A DNA stretch of 64,000 bases from the human T2T-CHM13v2.0 reference genome, Homo sapiens. A program made the position numbers and the translations under genes. Below are positions 26,476-40,883 of the stretch, piece by piece (the stretch's first letter is position 1; each line of letters begins with the position of its first letter). The notes beneath the pieces were generated by a model. That model saw only the letters and a program-made list of their open reading frames with translations, was not told where the DNA came from and did no database searches. The stretch is taken from the NCBI RefSeq assembly GCF_009914755.1, contig NC_060933.1, one strand, 5' to 3'.

Positions 26476-28789
26476 TGTATAGATGAATCAGTGCAAGTAG
26501 AGCTCTATAGTTAGTTGAGTAGAACTTAATGATGGTTAGGTGCTATGGTCATATTTACTTAGGACAACACACATATATGGCCTCTAGATGAATGTGCAAG
26601 TCTCCAATTCAATTTGCTTTTGTACACACAGACCCAATCTGCTTTGCAATTAGGTAAGCACCCATTGGGCAGAGTGAAAATTTGGAGGCTGTAAAATAAA
26701 ACAGGTAAAGATTTTTATTTGTCAGTGAGACTACATAAAATAATGATCAGCTAATGAAAGTACAATAGGACTGAGCATTCATAATTTTCAGTGTGAATTG
26801 GAATAGATGGCCTCATTGAAATGATACCTGATGTCAAATTATTAAGGAGATTTCCCATTTCTTTCAGACTAAACTTGATTAATTAAATATTATTTGAACA
26901 CAAACAAGGTCAAATGTCTGAAGGCAGGCTCAATGAATTCATCCAATTACAGAGAAAAGTACTAAAATTTTTTAAATGAATATTCATATGACTGATACAG
27001 TTTTCTAATTTGTTTCCAGATGTTTCAGATTCCATGCTGTGGTATGTTCAAAAGACTGGTAGACAGCAAAAACAACAGGGAGTCCCTCTCATTTTGCATA
27101 TCCTTCCTACTTTTTCCATTAATCTATGAGTCTCTTTTAGTATATTTCTGCCTCAGAGACTCTGTTCCCAGGTTCTGCCTTCTGAGCCAAATATCTTGAA
27201 TGTCCTAATTTAGGAAGGCAAAGATCAAGTCTGAATAATGTCAGTCAATGAAGAAACCAAATACCAACTTTTTAGACTTATTTCACTTTTTACCCTAGCT
27301 GCACTCAGCCACTGACCAGGCAATCCCACCCCCTCCCATTTTTAACTAGGATTCAAGGAACCCAATCCCAACAAGGTCTTTGAGAAGCTCCTACTCGCAT
27401 CTCACACTCACCTAGAAGCACATATTTAAACCAGGGTTGTTACAACTTTCTTTGTAAATAGTCTTTCTAAAGGAGATGAGCTCTACAGGAAACTTAAGAT
27501 CAGTTGTAAACAATAAGTAAAAACTAAGGATGAAATATATTATCATTCTCATCTCATGAAAGTATCTTGCATGTATCTTGCCATATCTTTAGAAACTGTT
27601 TAGAAAGGTTTATAGTATCCTGAGAAAGTGTTTCTTTTGGAAAATATCAACTTTGTTCTCCCAATTAGCCATGCCTTTGCACAAATCTATCAATGTCAAC
27701 TTATTTTCATTATATTTCTTTGGCTTCTTCCAAGATATCTATACATGTGTTCATCAAGGCTCATTTTCATTGAAGCAATGAATGTCATCCATTGAATGAA
27801 ATACTTCCTCAGAAAAGATATAGCTAGACATATAATTTACAGAGCATAACATGACAAAATCTGGGTATGAGGGGATATCATTTTAGTCCAAAATATTTGT
27901 TCTTTCTTGCATTTTATTTATATAGTGAAGACTTATAATTTTTTAAAACCACCTCTTAATTTAGATTGTTAATCTGAATATCTCAGCAACAATCCGTCAT
28001 GAGATTTGAAATATACATATCATTCAGAATAGATAAATTTGTTCAGGCCAATCTCTGAATATGTATTGCACAAATACAAATTTTATAAACACACATTTAA
28101 ACTTTTCACACATCCTTGGAAGAGTAAAGAATTGAAAGCCATGCCCAAAGTGGGAAAAATGTAGATTTGGGGGTATTGTAAGACTATCTTCGTATAGATA
28201 AATTTTTCAAAACACCCTTCACATTGTTACAGGTGGGACTTAGTACTTGGGCTTACTTGAAAGTCTTGCAAACAACAGAGAGAATGTTAACAACATGATA
28301 AATAATTTGTACTTGGATTGAATCTGAGATATGACGTAGTATGACCTAGTCTGACCACAAATACAGATGTTGTCCCACATAAGACTTAAGAGATGCAGAA
28401 GTTTGAATGGGAGATGGATTTCCCTATATGGACTGTCATCTTGTATACTCTTATGTGTTGGATTATTTGTTCTCCTTGATCGTCATGCTCTTGGATGTTA
28501 TGAACTCAATTATCCAGCTTTCTAATAACACACATTGAAAGAAACTTCCTTGAAGCTCAAGAACAATTTAAGGTGGTTTGCCAGATTGCTTCACTGCAGA
28601 ACTTTTCTCAGGCTGCATGACCCATATTTTTTGCTTTCTAAGATTAAAAATATCTAAATTTTACTACATTCTCAGAAGCTTTTAATATATGAATGCTTAA
28701 TTTACATTACTTATATTTTAATGCTAACTCTGCCTATCACTTTTACATTAAAAAATCATTTTTATAAACATGAGTCTTACTTTTTTTTC

Positions 28790-28965
28790 TCAAAATGTCC
28801 TGTGAGGTATATAAAGAGCTATTATAATCTTCATTTTACAGATGGTAAATTTTTTTCTAAAGGACACTGCCACTTCCCTGAGAACACACATATACACTCA
28901 GTAAATAACAGATGATAGACATAGCTTAAGCCTGTGGATTCTGGCTAAGTGTTCTTGCCATAACT
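28790..28965 (-). mobile_element. MIR
   Basis: cctgtgaggta...cattttacagatgg...acttccctgagaacacaca...agtaaataacaga. Confidence 0.6.
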
Positions 28966-29137
28966 CCAAGATACCCCTTTACACTACTTGTGTTTTAGGG
29001 GTATGGGAAAAAAGATTACACCTGAGAGACTGACTATGTAACTAACAAGAAAGTTTACAGCCACTCAGAAGAGTTAGAAAGTGTATAAATGTCCACTACA
29101 CTAAAAAGGGGCAATTAAATTGTTAATTTGGGAGTAA

Positions 29138-30190
29138 ACGAAGATGTAAAAACAGAAGCAAAGATTAAAGTGATACATCTACAAGCAAAGGGCTGGTGGT
29201 AGCCATCAAAATTTGGAAGTGGCAAGAAACAGATCCTCCTATAAATTCCAGAGGATGTATGACCGTGTTCACACATTGATTTTGTCTCATTGAAACTGTG
29301 AAATATATATTTATGTTGCTTTAAGCTACTAAGTTTGTAGTAATTTGTTACAGTGGCAAAATTAAACTAAATTTGATACCAAGAAGTGAGATACTGCTGT
29401 AAAAAATACCTAAAAAGGTGGAAGTGCCTTTAATAACAGTAGTGAGTAGGGGTTGAAGGAATTTTGAATTACATGACAGAAAAAGTCTGTTGACTTTAAC
29501 AGACTGTTGGTAGAAATATGGATGCTAAAGACTGCACTAGTGAGGGCTCATAATGAAGGGTGGAATATGGTAGAGAAAGCCTGTTTTGTCTAAGACTGTG
29601 TATATGTACATATATTTCTACCATATTAGTAGAAATATGAATATTTGTTTATTTGGTGAGGGCCCAGAAGGAAATGAGAAGCATGTATTGAAACCTGGAA
29701 GAAAGGTAGTCCTTGTGGTGTAGTGGCAGAAAACTTAGCAAAATTGTATCCCACAGTTGTGCAGAAGTCAGAATTTGTGAGCAATGAATTTATATATCTT
29801 TAGCTAAGGAAATTTCTAGGCAAAGTTTAGAAGGTGCATATTGGTTTTGCCTTGATGCGTATAGTAAAATATGAGAAGAAAGAGATAAATTGAGGGAAGA
29901 CTTTTAAACAAATGACACCAAGACTTGATGATTTGGAAAATTCTCAGCCTTTCCAGTTTGTAAAAGATCCTAAAATCAGGAGATCCACTGTTAGGAAAGC
30001 CTGTTCTGCCAATAAAGTCAGTGTTGTGGCTGGACTACCATTGCCTAAGGCTTCTAAAGTATAAAATGTTTAAAGTATTTTCTCACAGAGAGAAAAAAAT
30101 TTTTTAAGAGAATAAGCATGTAACTTATTGATCCACTCAACCGTATCAGTAGAAATTAGGAATAAAGATGGAATTTTCCAGGTAAAATTT
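29138..30190 (+). mobile_element. MLT1C-type LTR 3' part (to about 29370) joined to MLT1 internal sequence
   Basis: LTR end ttaagctactaagtttgtagtaatttgttacagtggca is followed by tttgataccaagaagtgag...atacctaaaaaggtggaagtg...ggtgagggc...gtggcagaaaacttagc, typical of MLT1-int. Confidence 0.75.
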
Positions 30191-30289
30191 GGTCTACCTG
30201 TGTAAATAAAAATTTATATTTATTAATTCATGGCTGACATGACCATATATTTTTTCAATGCATTTTGGCTGTAGATTATTTGAGAAATA

Positions 30290-31426
30290 ATTTTTGATAA
30301 AATGTTAATTTTAGAATACATTTAGAATTATAGAAAAGTTTCAAAGATATTACAGAGAATTTTCATACACCATACACCCAGTTTCCTTTATTGTTAGCAT
30401 CTTACATTAGTATGGTACTTTTGTCACAATTAACAAACCAATATCGATTCATCATTATTAAATAATATCCACTCTTTATTCATATTTCCTTAGTTTGTAA
30501 CCTAATGATCACTTTTTCTGTTTCAGGATCTCATCCAAGATGCCACAATACTATTTAGTCATTAAGTCTCTTTAAAGTCCTTGAATCTTCTATTTCTCAC
30601 CCATTTTTCCATTTCTAATGGCCCTGATACTTTTGAAGATCCATGATCACGTATTTTTTAAAAGGTTTTTCAGTTGGGTTTTATCTTATGTTTTTCTCAT
30701 TATTAGATTGGGACTATGCGTTTTAGGAAGACCACAGAGATAAAATGCTTTCTTAATCACATCCTACCAAGGGTACATTTTATTAAGATGACTTAGCACT
30801 GTTTATGCTGGCCTTGATTGCTCCACTGAATATTTACTCTTTTTATCTCCTTTTCTCATATTGCACTCTTTAGAAGAAAGTCACTAGGCACACCCCACAT
30901 GTAAGGAGTGAGACTTGTACTTCACCTGTGGATGGCTGCATATCTACATAGATTAACTGAATTTTTCTGCATGGAATATTTGTCTCTTTTATTAAAAAAA
31001 TTAATTTTTAAAATTTACTTTTTTATTTACATCAACATGAATTTGTGAATATTTATTTTCTACTCCATCTTATAGTTCAATGCTTCTTTACTTTTTTGTT
31101 GACCAAATTTGTCCATAAGGTATAATTTCCATTGGCTCCAATATCTCTCTGACATAGCAGCATCACTGTGATATTTTTGCATAATCCTTACTTTATGGAA
31201 CTACACAATGTTTCAGGCTCATCTCAATTATTTCCTGCCATAGCTCTAGGATCCGTCATTTAGAAAGTTCTGATTTTTTTTTTTTTTTGCTGTTGTTGCA
31301 GAATGTATTAGAAATTAATCCCTGTGTGCTACATGTGCTTAGTGATATGGGGCATCACAGTTTCTAGGTCCTCTTGGCTGACAAATCAAGGAAATATATG
31401 CATGGATATTAACCTATAAATATACA
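30290..31426 (-). mobile_element. L1MC/MD 3'UTR
   Basis: atagaaaagtttcaaagatattacagagaattttcatacacc...cccagtttcc...caggatctcatccaagatgccaca. Confidence 0.7.
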
Positions 31427-31830
31427 TGTATTAATTTGATAAGGCTGCCACAATGAAGTTCCACAGACAGGTGGCTTAAATAGCAGAAGTTTGTTTTCTC
31501 ACAGCTTTGGAGGCTAGATGCCCAAGATCAAGATGATGCCCAGGTTGGTTTGCTGTAAGACCTCTCTTCCTGGCTTGTAGATGGCTGCCTTCTTGCTGTG
31601 TCCTCACATGGTCTTTCCTCTACGTGTGTGCATGCACAAACACAGTACATGCAGAAAGTGGGAGGTGCAGAGAGAGAGATCTTGTGTCTCTTCCTTTTCT
31701 TGTAAGGAAACCAGTCCTATTGGATTAAGGCCCGCCTTCATAACATCATCTAACCTTTATACCTCTTTATAGGCCTTATCGGCAAATATAGTCACATTTG
31801 GGAATTAGAATTATAACATAATTCAGTACA
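31427..31830 (-). mobile_element. MLT1B-type MaLR solo LTR
   Basis: tgtattaatttgataaggctgccacaa...ctcacagctttggaggctag...ctcttcctggcttgtagatggctgccttcttgctgtgtcctcacatggtc...cagtcctattggattaaggccc. Confidence 0.8.
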
Positions 31831-32189
31831 AACCAGGCCATGACTCTCTGTTTTGGTGATTCAAATTAGATTTATTTTCATGAGACCTGGAATTCTCTCA
31901 CTTATACAGATACAATAAGAATTTAGTAGACTGCTCATCTGTTTCTTTTCCCCCTCCTTGAAATTCTATATCAACTAGGCAATACTATATGTCTCTGTCA
32001 GTCAGGCTACTCTGATTACTGCTTTAACTCTCCTATTTATCATAGTAACCACAACTACCTTGTCTTTAGCTGTTGGCATCCTGGCATCTAATTACCCCCA
32101 TTGCATTTAGAAATTCCAGTTCAGTGGCAGTAGCTGCCACTTTAATTTCAGACCTGCAAAGAAGACTGACCACAGAAAATGAGTAGCAC

Positions 32190-34690
32190 TATTACTGGTT
32201 TGTAAGGGAAGAGTATGTTTAGCCTGTAAAAGATTGCACAACTCTCTTCCAAAGTGGCTGTACCATAATGTATATCCACTGACAATGAACGAGCATTCTT
32301 ATTGTTCCATATACTCACCATCAATTGGTATTGTTAGTTTTTTGGATTTCATGCATTCTAATAGATGTGTGGTGGTGTCTCCTTGTTTTGATTTGCATTT
32401 CTCTTATGACAAATGATTTGGGGTATCTTTTATATACTTATTTTCCATCTATATCTTCTTTGGTAAAGCTCTGTTCAGGCATTTTGCCTATTTTTAATCG
32501 GGTTGTTTTTCTCATTGTTAATTTTATGAATTATTTGTATATTTTTGGATGCAAGTTCTTTACCAGATACGCATTTTGCAAATATTTCCTCCCAGTCTAT
32601 GGCTTGCCTATTCATTCTCATAACAGTGTTCTTTGTAGTGCAGGTTTTTAATTTTAAAGAAGTCAATTTTATCAATTTTTTTTCTTTCAAGAGTTATGTT
32701 TTGGTATTACATATACAAACTCTTACCAAATGTACAGTCAGGTATATTCCTACATTATCAAGAAATTTTTAGTGGTTGGTATTTCACATTTAGGCTTGTG
32801 ATCTATTTTGAGTCAATTTTTCTGTAACACATAAGGTCAGCATCTAGTTCAAGTTTTTGTATGTTGATTTCCAGTTATTTGGTGTCATTTGTAGCAAGGA
32901 CTATCCTTTTCCATTAACTTGTCTCTGCACCATTAGTAAAATCAGCTTACAATACATGTATGGATTTTGATATTTTGTGTTTTTAACGAATTGGTCCATT
33001 TCACCTAAGTTATGATTATGGGCAAAGAACTATTTATATTCTTGTCTTACTATAATTTTAATGTTCATGAGATCAGTAGTTATAGCCCATCTTTCATTTC
33101 TGATTTTTGCTTAGTCTGGCTAGATATTAATCAATTTTATTGATTTTCCTAGAGACAGCTTTTAAGTTCATTGGTTATTCTCTATTATTTTCCTGTTTCT
33201 AATTTCATTGATTTCTAGTCCAATATTTGTTATTACTGTTCTTTTTCATTTATCAGGTTTAATTTTCTCTTCTTTTTCTAGTTTGTTAAGGTAGAAGCTT
33301 AAATTTCTTATTTGATAAAATGTAAGGTCATCAGTTTTCTTCTGAGCACTACATTTGCTGTATGCAAATTTCCATAATGTGTGTATACATTTTCACTTAA
33401 TTCAGAATATGGCTATAATTACTCTTAATATTTCTTCTTTGTGTTATTTAGACATATGTCATTGGTTTCTAAATATCTGGAGATTTTCTAATTATGTTCT
33501 TTTTACTGATTTCTGTTTAATTTTACTGTGGACTGAGAATATGCATTGTATGATTTTTTTAAATTTTTTGAAGTTATGGTTTATGGTCATAATATGGTCT
33601 ATTTTTGAGAAAGTTCCATGCAAACTTGAGAATAATAAGTATTCCTTTGTTACTGAATTGAGTATTTTATAAGTGGCAATTAGATCATGTTGACTGACAT
33701 TGTTCAGGTGCTTCCCTTTGATCTATCAATTACTGATAGAGAGTGTTGAACTGTCCGGATATAATAATGATTTTTTTCTATTTCTCCTTGCAGTTCTGTA
33801 AGTTTTTGGCTCATTATTTTGGTCTTCTGTTATTACATAAATATATGTTTGAAGTTTTTATGTTATTTTTTCTTGGAATAGAAAGAATTATCACTTTGCT
33901 TGGAGAATTGACCGTTTCATCTTTATGTTATTTCACTCTTTATGCATGATAATATTCCTTGTTCTAAAGTCTACTTCATCTGAAATTTAGGTAGCTACTG
34001 TATCTTTCATTTGATGTTAGTGTGGTATATATTTCTCTATCAATTATCTTCTGACATAACCAAATCCTCATATTTAAAGTGAATTTCTTGTAGACAACAT
34101 GTTGTTGTATCTTTTTTCTTTTGAATTCACTCTGAATTTTTTTCTTTTAAATGATGTGTTAAAGGCATTTAAATAAAATGATTATCCACTTAGTTGAATT
34201 AATATATACTATCTTTGTTACTTTTCTTTATTCATTTCAATTACTGGGTTATTTCCTGTCATTTTTATCCTTCTCTGATTTTAATCAAACATTTTGTTTG
34301 CTCTTACTTTATCACCTTTCTTAGTGTATCATTAATATTTCCTTAAAAAGTATTTTTAATTGTTGCTTTGGAGTTTACAATATACATTTATTAATGTAAA
34401 TACATCCTTCAAAAAGTACTATCACTACCACTTCACATGTAGTGAAGGTACCTTATAATACAGTACGCCCAATTCTTCATCTCATCCCTCATGAAATTGT
34501 TGCCATTCTTTCCACTAATCCATATACAATCATCAAATAAATTGGTACTAAAATTATATTAAAGAGTTATTTTTTAGATTTATTAAAATAAAAAATAAAA
34601 TATTTTATTTAACTTGATTTATTGCTTCTCCATTGCTTTATTCTTTATCTAGATCTACATGTCTGACCACATGTTTTTAGCACAAATCTT
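32190..34690 (-). mobile_element. Old L1M fragments: ORF2 3' part, then (after an internal jump near 32990) ORF2 5'/endonuclease and upstream region
   Basis: Minus-strand peptide MNRQAIDWEEIFAKCVSGKELASKNIQ matches the ORF2 C-terminal region. ttccatgcaaacttgagaataataagtatt and gaatttcttgtagacaacat match antisense endonuclease-domain sequence. Confidence 0.8.
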
Positions 34691-35656
34691 TTTGACAATA
34701 TTATTGCATTATTTTCGATACAGAAAAAAGAAAGAAATTTTTGTCTGTCTTCTTACGAGTTTTCTCAATATCATTATTTTTACTGACAGTGTAGAAAATT
34801 ATCTTTTAATTTCAAAACTCATTGTTAATGCCACCTAAATTTTTGGTACTGCTGTCAACTGGAGAAGACTATATCAGGTTTCTTTTGTTTAACAGCAGTA
34901 ACATTTCAGGGAGTCTCATTTTTTTATTGTTCGTAACTAACTTACATACTCTTACAATTCATAATTTTTAACCAATATGGGGTTTTTATATCTTAATTGT
35001 ACTGAAGTATTATGAGTTTTCTTTATTTTTATCAGTATTGATGCTTCATGAGGAGGCATATGTTGTAGACAGGCATAAACGTACAATTTTAAACATAGAT
35101 ACGCTTGTTATTTATTGTACTGTTACAAGTTGACATACTTAAATCATATAAATCTGGATAATTTTATTTTGTACAATTCCTATTTCTGAAGCAATGAAAA
35201 TGTAGTATACTTATGATTATATAATCTGCATTATCAACAGATTGAGAACCTCTATTTTTGAACTAGCAAATGAAATCCAAATGTTTCTTTCACAGTTTTA
35301 CGCATTGGATCCTTGAAAATTTTTCCAAGGATAATACCTAGCTTCACATTTTCAAACCCTATCTTTCCTCAACAACCCACCCAGTTGCTGGACACTGAAA
35401 TACATTCTTATCAGCACTGACCCTGCTACATTTTTTGTATTGTTGGATGAGTCAGACCAGTGGGTGGGTAGAAATATTCTTGGACATCAATCTATCATCA
35501 GGGTGGCTAGCAATAACATTACTATTCATGGATGGAACTGCACATCAGATAAAAATAGCCCTATAAATCAAATTAAATATTTATGAAATTTGTATTTTTC
35601 TTATTTAAGTCCTAAAAGTACCATTTTCAGAATCACCAAACAAACAAGGAAATGTA

Positions 35657-35971
<315 letters not shown>

Positions 35972-36054
35972 TTAAATTAAAATAGTATTAATCTGTGCTG
36001 CATAAAATATCTTACCTTTTCAGATTTATAAATCTGAAATATAAATTTATGTAT

Positions 36055-36081
36055 ACACACATGCACACACACGTGTGTGTA

Positions 36082-36130
<49 letters not shown>
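36055..36130. repeat. CA/TG repeat followed by perfect (AT)23
   Basis: Direct reading; (AT)n spans 36085-36130. Confidence 0.95.
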
Positions 36131-36132
<2 letters not shown>

Positions 36133-36883
36133 CTATGAGAATGTATTTCTAGGGTGTCTCCCAAGGTCTTGGAAGAGGCTCTGTGAATGTGACAAGGCAT
36201 AAATACTTATCTTAATAAGCTTCTTAATACATTTACCTCTGTTTTGTAGAAGTGAGTTATATATTTAAGAATGAAAATGAACTGAATGGGAGATAAATAT
36301 TCTAAGCAACTGGTACAAGATGCACAGAGACTCATGGGAAACCCTTGAAGAAAAGTTCATTTATAGGGAACTATGAGTATTTCTATGTGTAAAATGTTTA
36401 AGAAGATAGAGGGTGCCAAATCAAATCTTCAAATAATTAAATACATATCTCTATCTATCTATCCATCTATCTACCATCTATTTAATCTATTTATTGTCTA
36501 AGTAGCAGAATAGTATAAGATTGGAAAGTTAAATATAAAACTGTTTAATGCCATATGTTGGCAATAGAGGCATGATATTTTTCCAGACATAATTTGTGTC
36601 TTTATGGATAAAAAATACTGACAAGTTAGAAATTTTCTAATAGTTTCCATCTCTTTCCAGAATCTGAATCTTTATTCATAGTATTAACAGGGAATAGTAA
36701 GTCAAACAAATTCCATATTCTGTTTCATAGATAACTCTTTCGGTGGGTTTGTTAGACAATGGTTTATTATATCATTGAAAGGGCAGGAAATAACTTTTTT
36801 TTATTTCTATGTTTTGGAGAGTTTTTTTCAACGAGTATACTAAAGTATTGTTAACTTGTGAAGGAGTTTGGCTTGATGTCTAG

Positions 36884-37241
<358 letters not shown>

Positions 37242-37512
37242 GAGTTTTAAATATTAAAACCACTGTTTCAGTAGGTAGGAGAAGGATGACTTGCACAAAT
37301 ATAGTTGGCGTAGGCTGAACAGTTAGACACAATTTTCAAATTTATTTAAAATGATGGGTAAGGGTGGGAGTTTATGTTATTTTCATAGAACGTAAGTAAG
37401 TTGAGCTGGATCTGAACTCCTCAGCCAACTAACTAAGCTAATTATACTGCTGATCGTTAGCTTATTGGGTACTCTTCACTGTACAAAAGTTTTCTACTGA
37501 GAAAGGATTCAT

Positions 37513-37896
<384 letters not shown>

Positions 37897-40154
37897 CTAT
37901 GGAAAATCTCTCTTGTAGAAATTTTTTTCTAAAGATTTATGTTTTATAATTTTATTTTTTTCTGTAAGCTTATATAATTCATTTTTCTATATTTTATAAT
38001 GTAGAATTCATTGGTCCTTAGGCATATTACCATAATAGACTCATGTATAAAATTACCTTATAAATTTTTTTCTTTTCATTTTGACTCCTCACCAATAGCA
38101 ATGCCCCATGACTAAAATATTACCATGTTTTTCTTAAAATAACAAACCTTGAAAGAAGAATGATTTTTAAATTTCATAAAACCGAGTAATTCAGAATTTG
38201 TATAGCTTTCACAGGGTATAAGTTGCCGTGAGTTTTCTCTACAGCTTTTACTTTGTGTGGTTCAAATGGTAAGTCAACCCAGACTTTGAAGCTGCATTTC
38301 CCCTGTTGACAATTAATCACCAGAGTATTCCCAAAATATCACTTTACTTACCTCCTCATGCTCTGTATGAATCATAGCTCCAGAAAGGAAACATCAACAC
38401 ATTTCACTTATGGGATCAAATGATTAAAATGTTAGTGGAACCCTAAGATTGCATCTAATTGAATTTAGAATGTGTTATGCTTAATCTAGAACATGGTTTT
38501 CCCAATATCAATACATGAGCTGTCATTTGCCTTTTCCTGTCTTCTATTTTCGTTATTGTTGTCCAGGTAGAGAAGTGCTGAGGTCTGAATTTCTATTCCC
38601 TACCCCACCCTCAATATTTCTGGACTTTGAAGTTCAAATATAATTTACAGATAACATCATCTTTTATTAACAGACAGCATCAAGCCCTGTACATAGTTTA
38701 ATCCTAGTGCATAAAAGGAAACATAGGTGGATCAGAATATTATATTATTACTGCTGTTATACAGTGTTATGCTTTGAAGTAACCAACAATTAGACCTGCC
38801 AAGCTTCATTCTGGGTGAGCTGCTGTCAGAGAAAATAGCAATATCTCTCACTTTAGGTCAAAGCTAATATATGAAATTGTAACTATAGCTATCCACTGGA
38901 ATTGAGTGGCATTTATTTTCAAGAGTGTGTTTGTAATTTAAAGCTGTTACATAATTTTGAAAAATAGAAATATATGGAGAAAATGCAGAAAAACATTATA
39001 ACAGTTTTGAGATACCTAATGTTTAAGCATGATTTTTTTGTGTGGTTTTACCATGCTGATCAAAATGGCCTCTTTTCCTGATGTTTATCAACTAGCTTAT
39101 TGGCACTTGCAAGTTAACCAGATACTAATGGTGAAAATAGGAAAAACTGTGAGATTTGATTTTGGCATATGCAATGCCCATGTGACCAAATATTTTATGT
39201 TTGGAAAATAGTACCAGTAATACTTCCTTCCTTCTCTTCCCTAAATGCGTAACATGTGTGCCTGCACATGCACATGCACGTGCAAACACATTTACTTGTT
39301 ATAATGCTTGAGAATACAGTCTAATTGATATATGGAAAATATGTTTCTTAATATTTGTAGCACATTTAACCTCTACATATAATGACATTTCAAAACTCTT
39401 CAGGGAACAGAAAATATTCATTAGCAGAACCTTGTAATTACTCAGCTTGAAAGTTGTAGACTTAATGGAATTTGCTTTTGTTTTTTCTGCATTCCCATCA
39501 CCAATACATCTCACCAGAATGAAATCCAATATGTTAAATGATATTAACAGATCTATTTCCTGAATAAGGCTATAAAGAATTATGAATTTCATATTATTAA
39601 AAATAGTAATTGCAGTGTTGCTTGTTTCTAGAATGTGTTTCACACTTACACATTATACAGAGCTTTGATAAAATGTGGCACGATATCATTGTATTACTGC
39701 AAAATTATGTTTTCATCTGATGTGAAAAATTTCCAGCGATTGAGGATCTCTTATTTTTCTCCACCCCCTTGAAATTACAAGACAATTAAGAAAAAGAAGT
39801 TGATACAAAGTTTGGTTTCACTCATGTCAAGTGACGAAGGAATTTAATGCTTAAAATGCCCTGACACAGAAACAGTTATTTTCAGAAAAAGGAAAACAAG
39901 TGTGAGTATGACTTCTTTAGAAAATCAAGCATATAACTACTCTAATTAGGTAGATCTTAGAAATGTATATGCCTCATATTTCATTGAAGGCCTCAATAAT
40001 AAAATTAGCTCTAGTTCATATAATACTCTCGGTGTTTAGTATCACCTTGTTTAAAGTGAAACATATTATTCAAAAATATAGTAACTGTATTGGCTATAGT
40101 AAAAACTAGATTTGTTGCTAATTTCTATGTCCCTTATCCTCTTTTTTAATATTA

Positions 40155-40250
40155 TTTCATTTAATTCTCAACAATAGTGTTAGGTGGTATTATTAATTTT
40201 CATCTATTATGAATTTGGGGAAACTAAGGCATAGAAAGATTGAGCAGCTT
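40155..40250 (-). mobile_element. MIR fragment
   Basis: tcatttaattctcaacaa...ggaaactaaggcatagaaagattgag. Confidence 0.55.
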
Positions 40251-40744
40251 TTTAAATATCCTGATTCCTTCTTCAAATGAACAAATATTCGGGTTGCTTT
40301 TTACTTTTAATGGCATTGTGCTGAAATGTAAAATAAAGCTCACTTCCCCTTCAGAATGTTCAATGCTTCTTTGGATACTGCAGTAATGTCACTAGGAAGA
40401 TTTACAATGGATATACTGCATACCTAATACATATTTTTCCAAGCTAATGAAATGTATAATGTTTTCAAAATCAGGTCATTTTCTTCCTCTCTCTCCCTTA
40501 AAGCGCTTACTTTTTCTTTCGGGTATTCAGACTTTCTATTCATGTCTGCCAATCTCCTGTTTATTTATTATGACTTGTTTCAGTGGTCATCTGGGTAAGA
40601 AGGATGTCCTTGAGATGGTCCCCTAGGTTCAGGTAATTACTTTCTTCTTTTGCTACTATTGTATGCAATACTCTTCATGCCCTTTATTTATATACGTATG
40701 TATACACACATACACACATACACACACATCAACACATATTACAT

Positions 40745-40883
40745 GTTTTGGTCTCCTAATAAACTTTGAGATTTTGTAGAGCAGGCACTAAATCTTAGTC
40801 TTCATTTTATTCTTAGGGCCAATACTGTAACTGGTGCACTGGAAACACCCAATGAATATTTTTCGAATGAGTAAATAAATGAT
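40745..40883 (+). mobile_element. L2 3' end, preceded by a CA-rich repeat (40703-40730)
   Basis: tctcctaataaactttgagattttgtagagcagg...ctggtgcact...caatgaatatttttcgaatgagtaaataaatga. Confidence 0.65.

Noticed and set aside
27020-27041. Possible plus-strand 22-nt microexon (ctaat...tttccAG / GTATGT)
   Set aside because: Not frame-preserving, no upstream TGC enhancer motif, and such signals arise often by chance.
32234-33949. Several 60-108 aa plus-strand ORFs
   Set aside because: Antisense readings of decayed L1M sequence.
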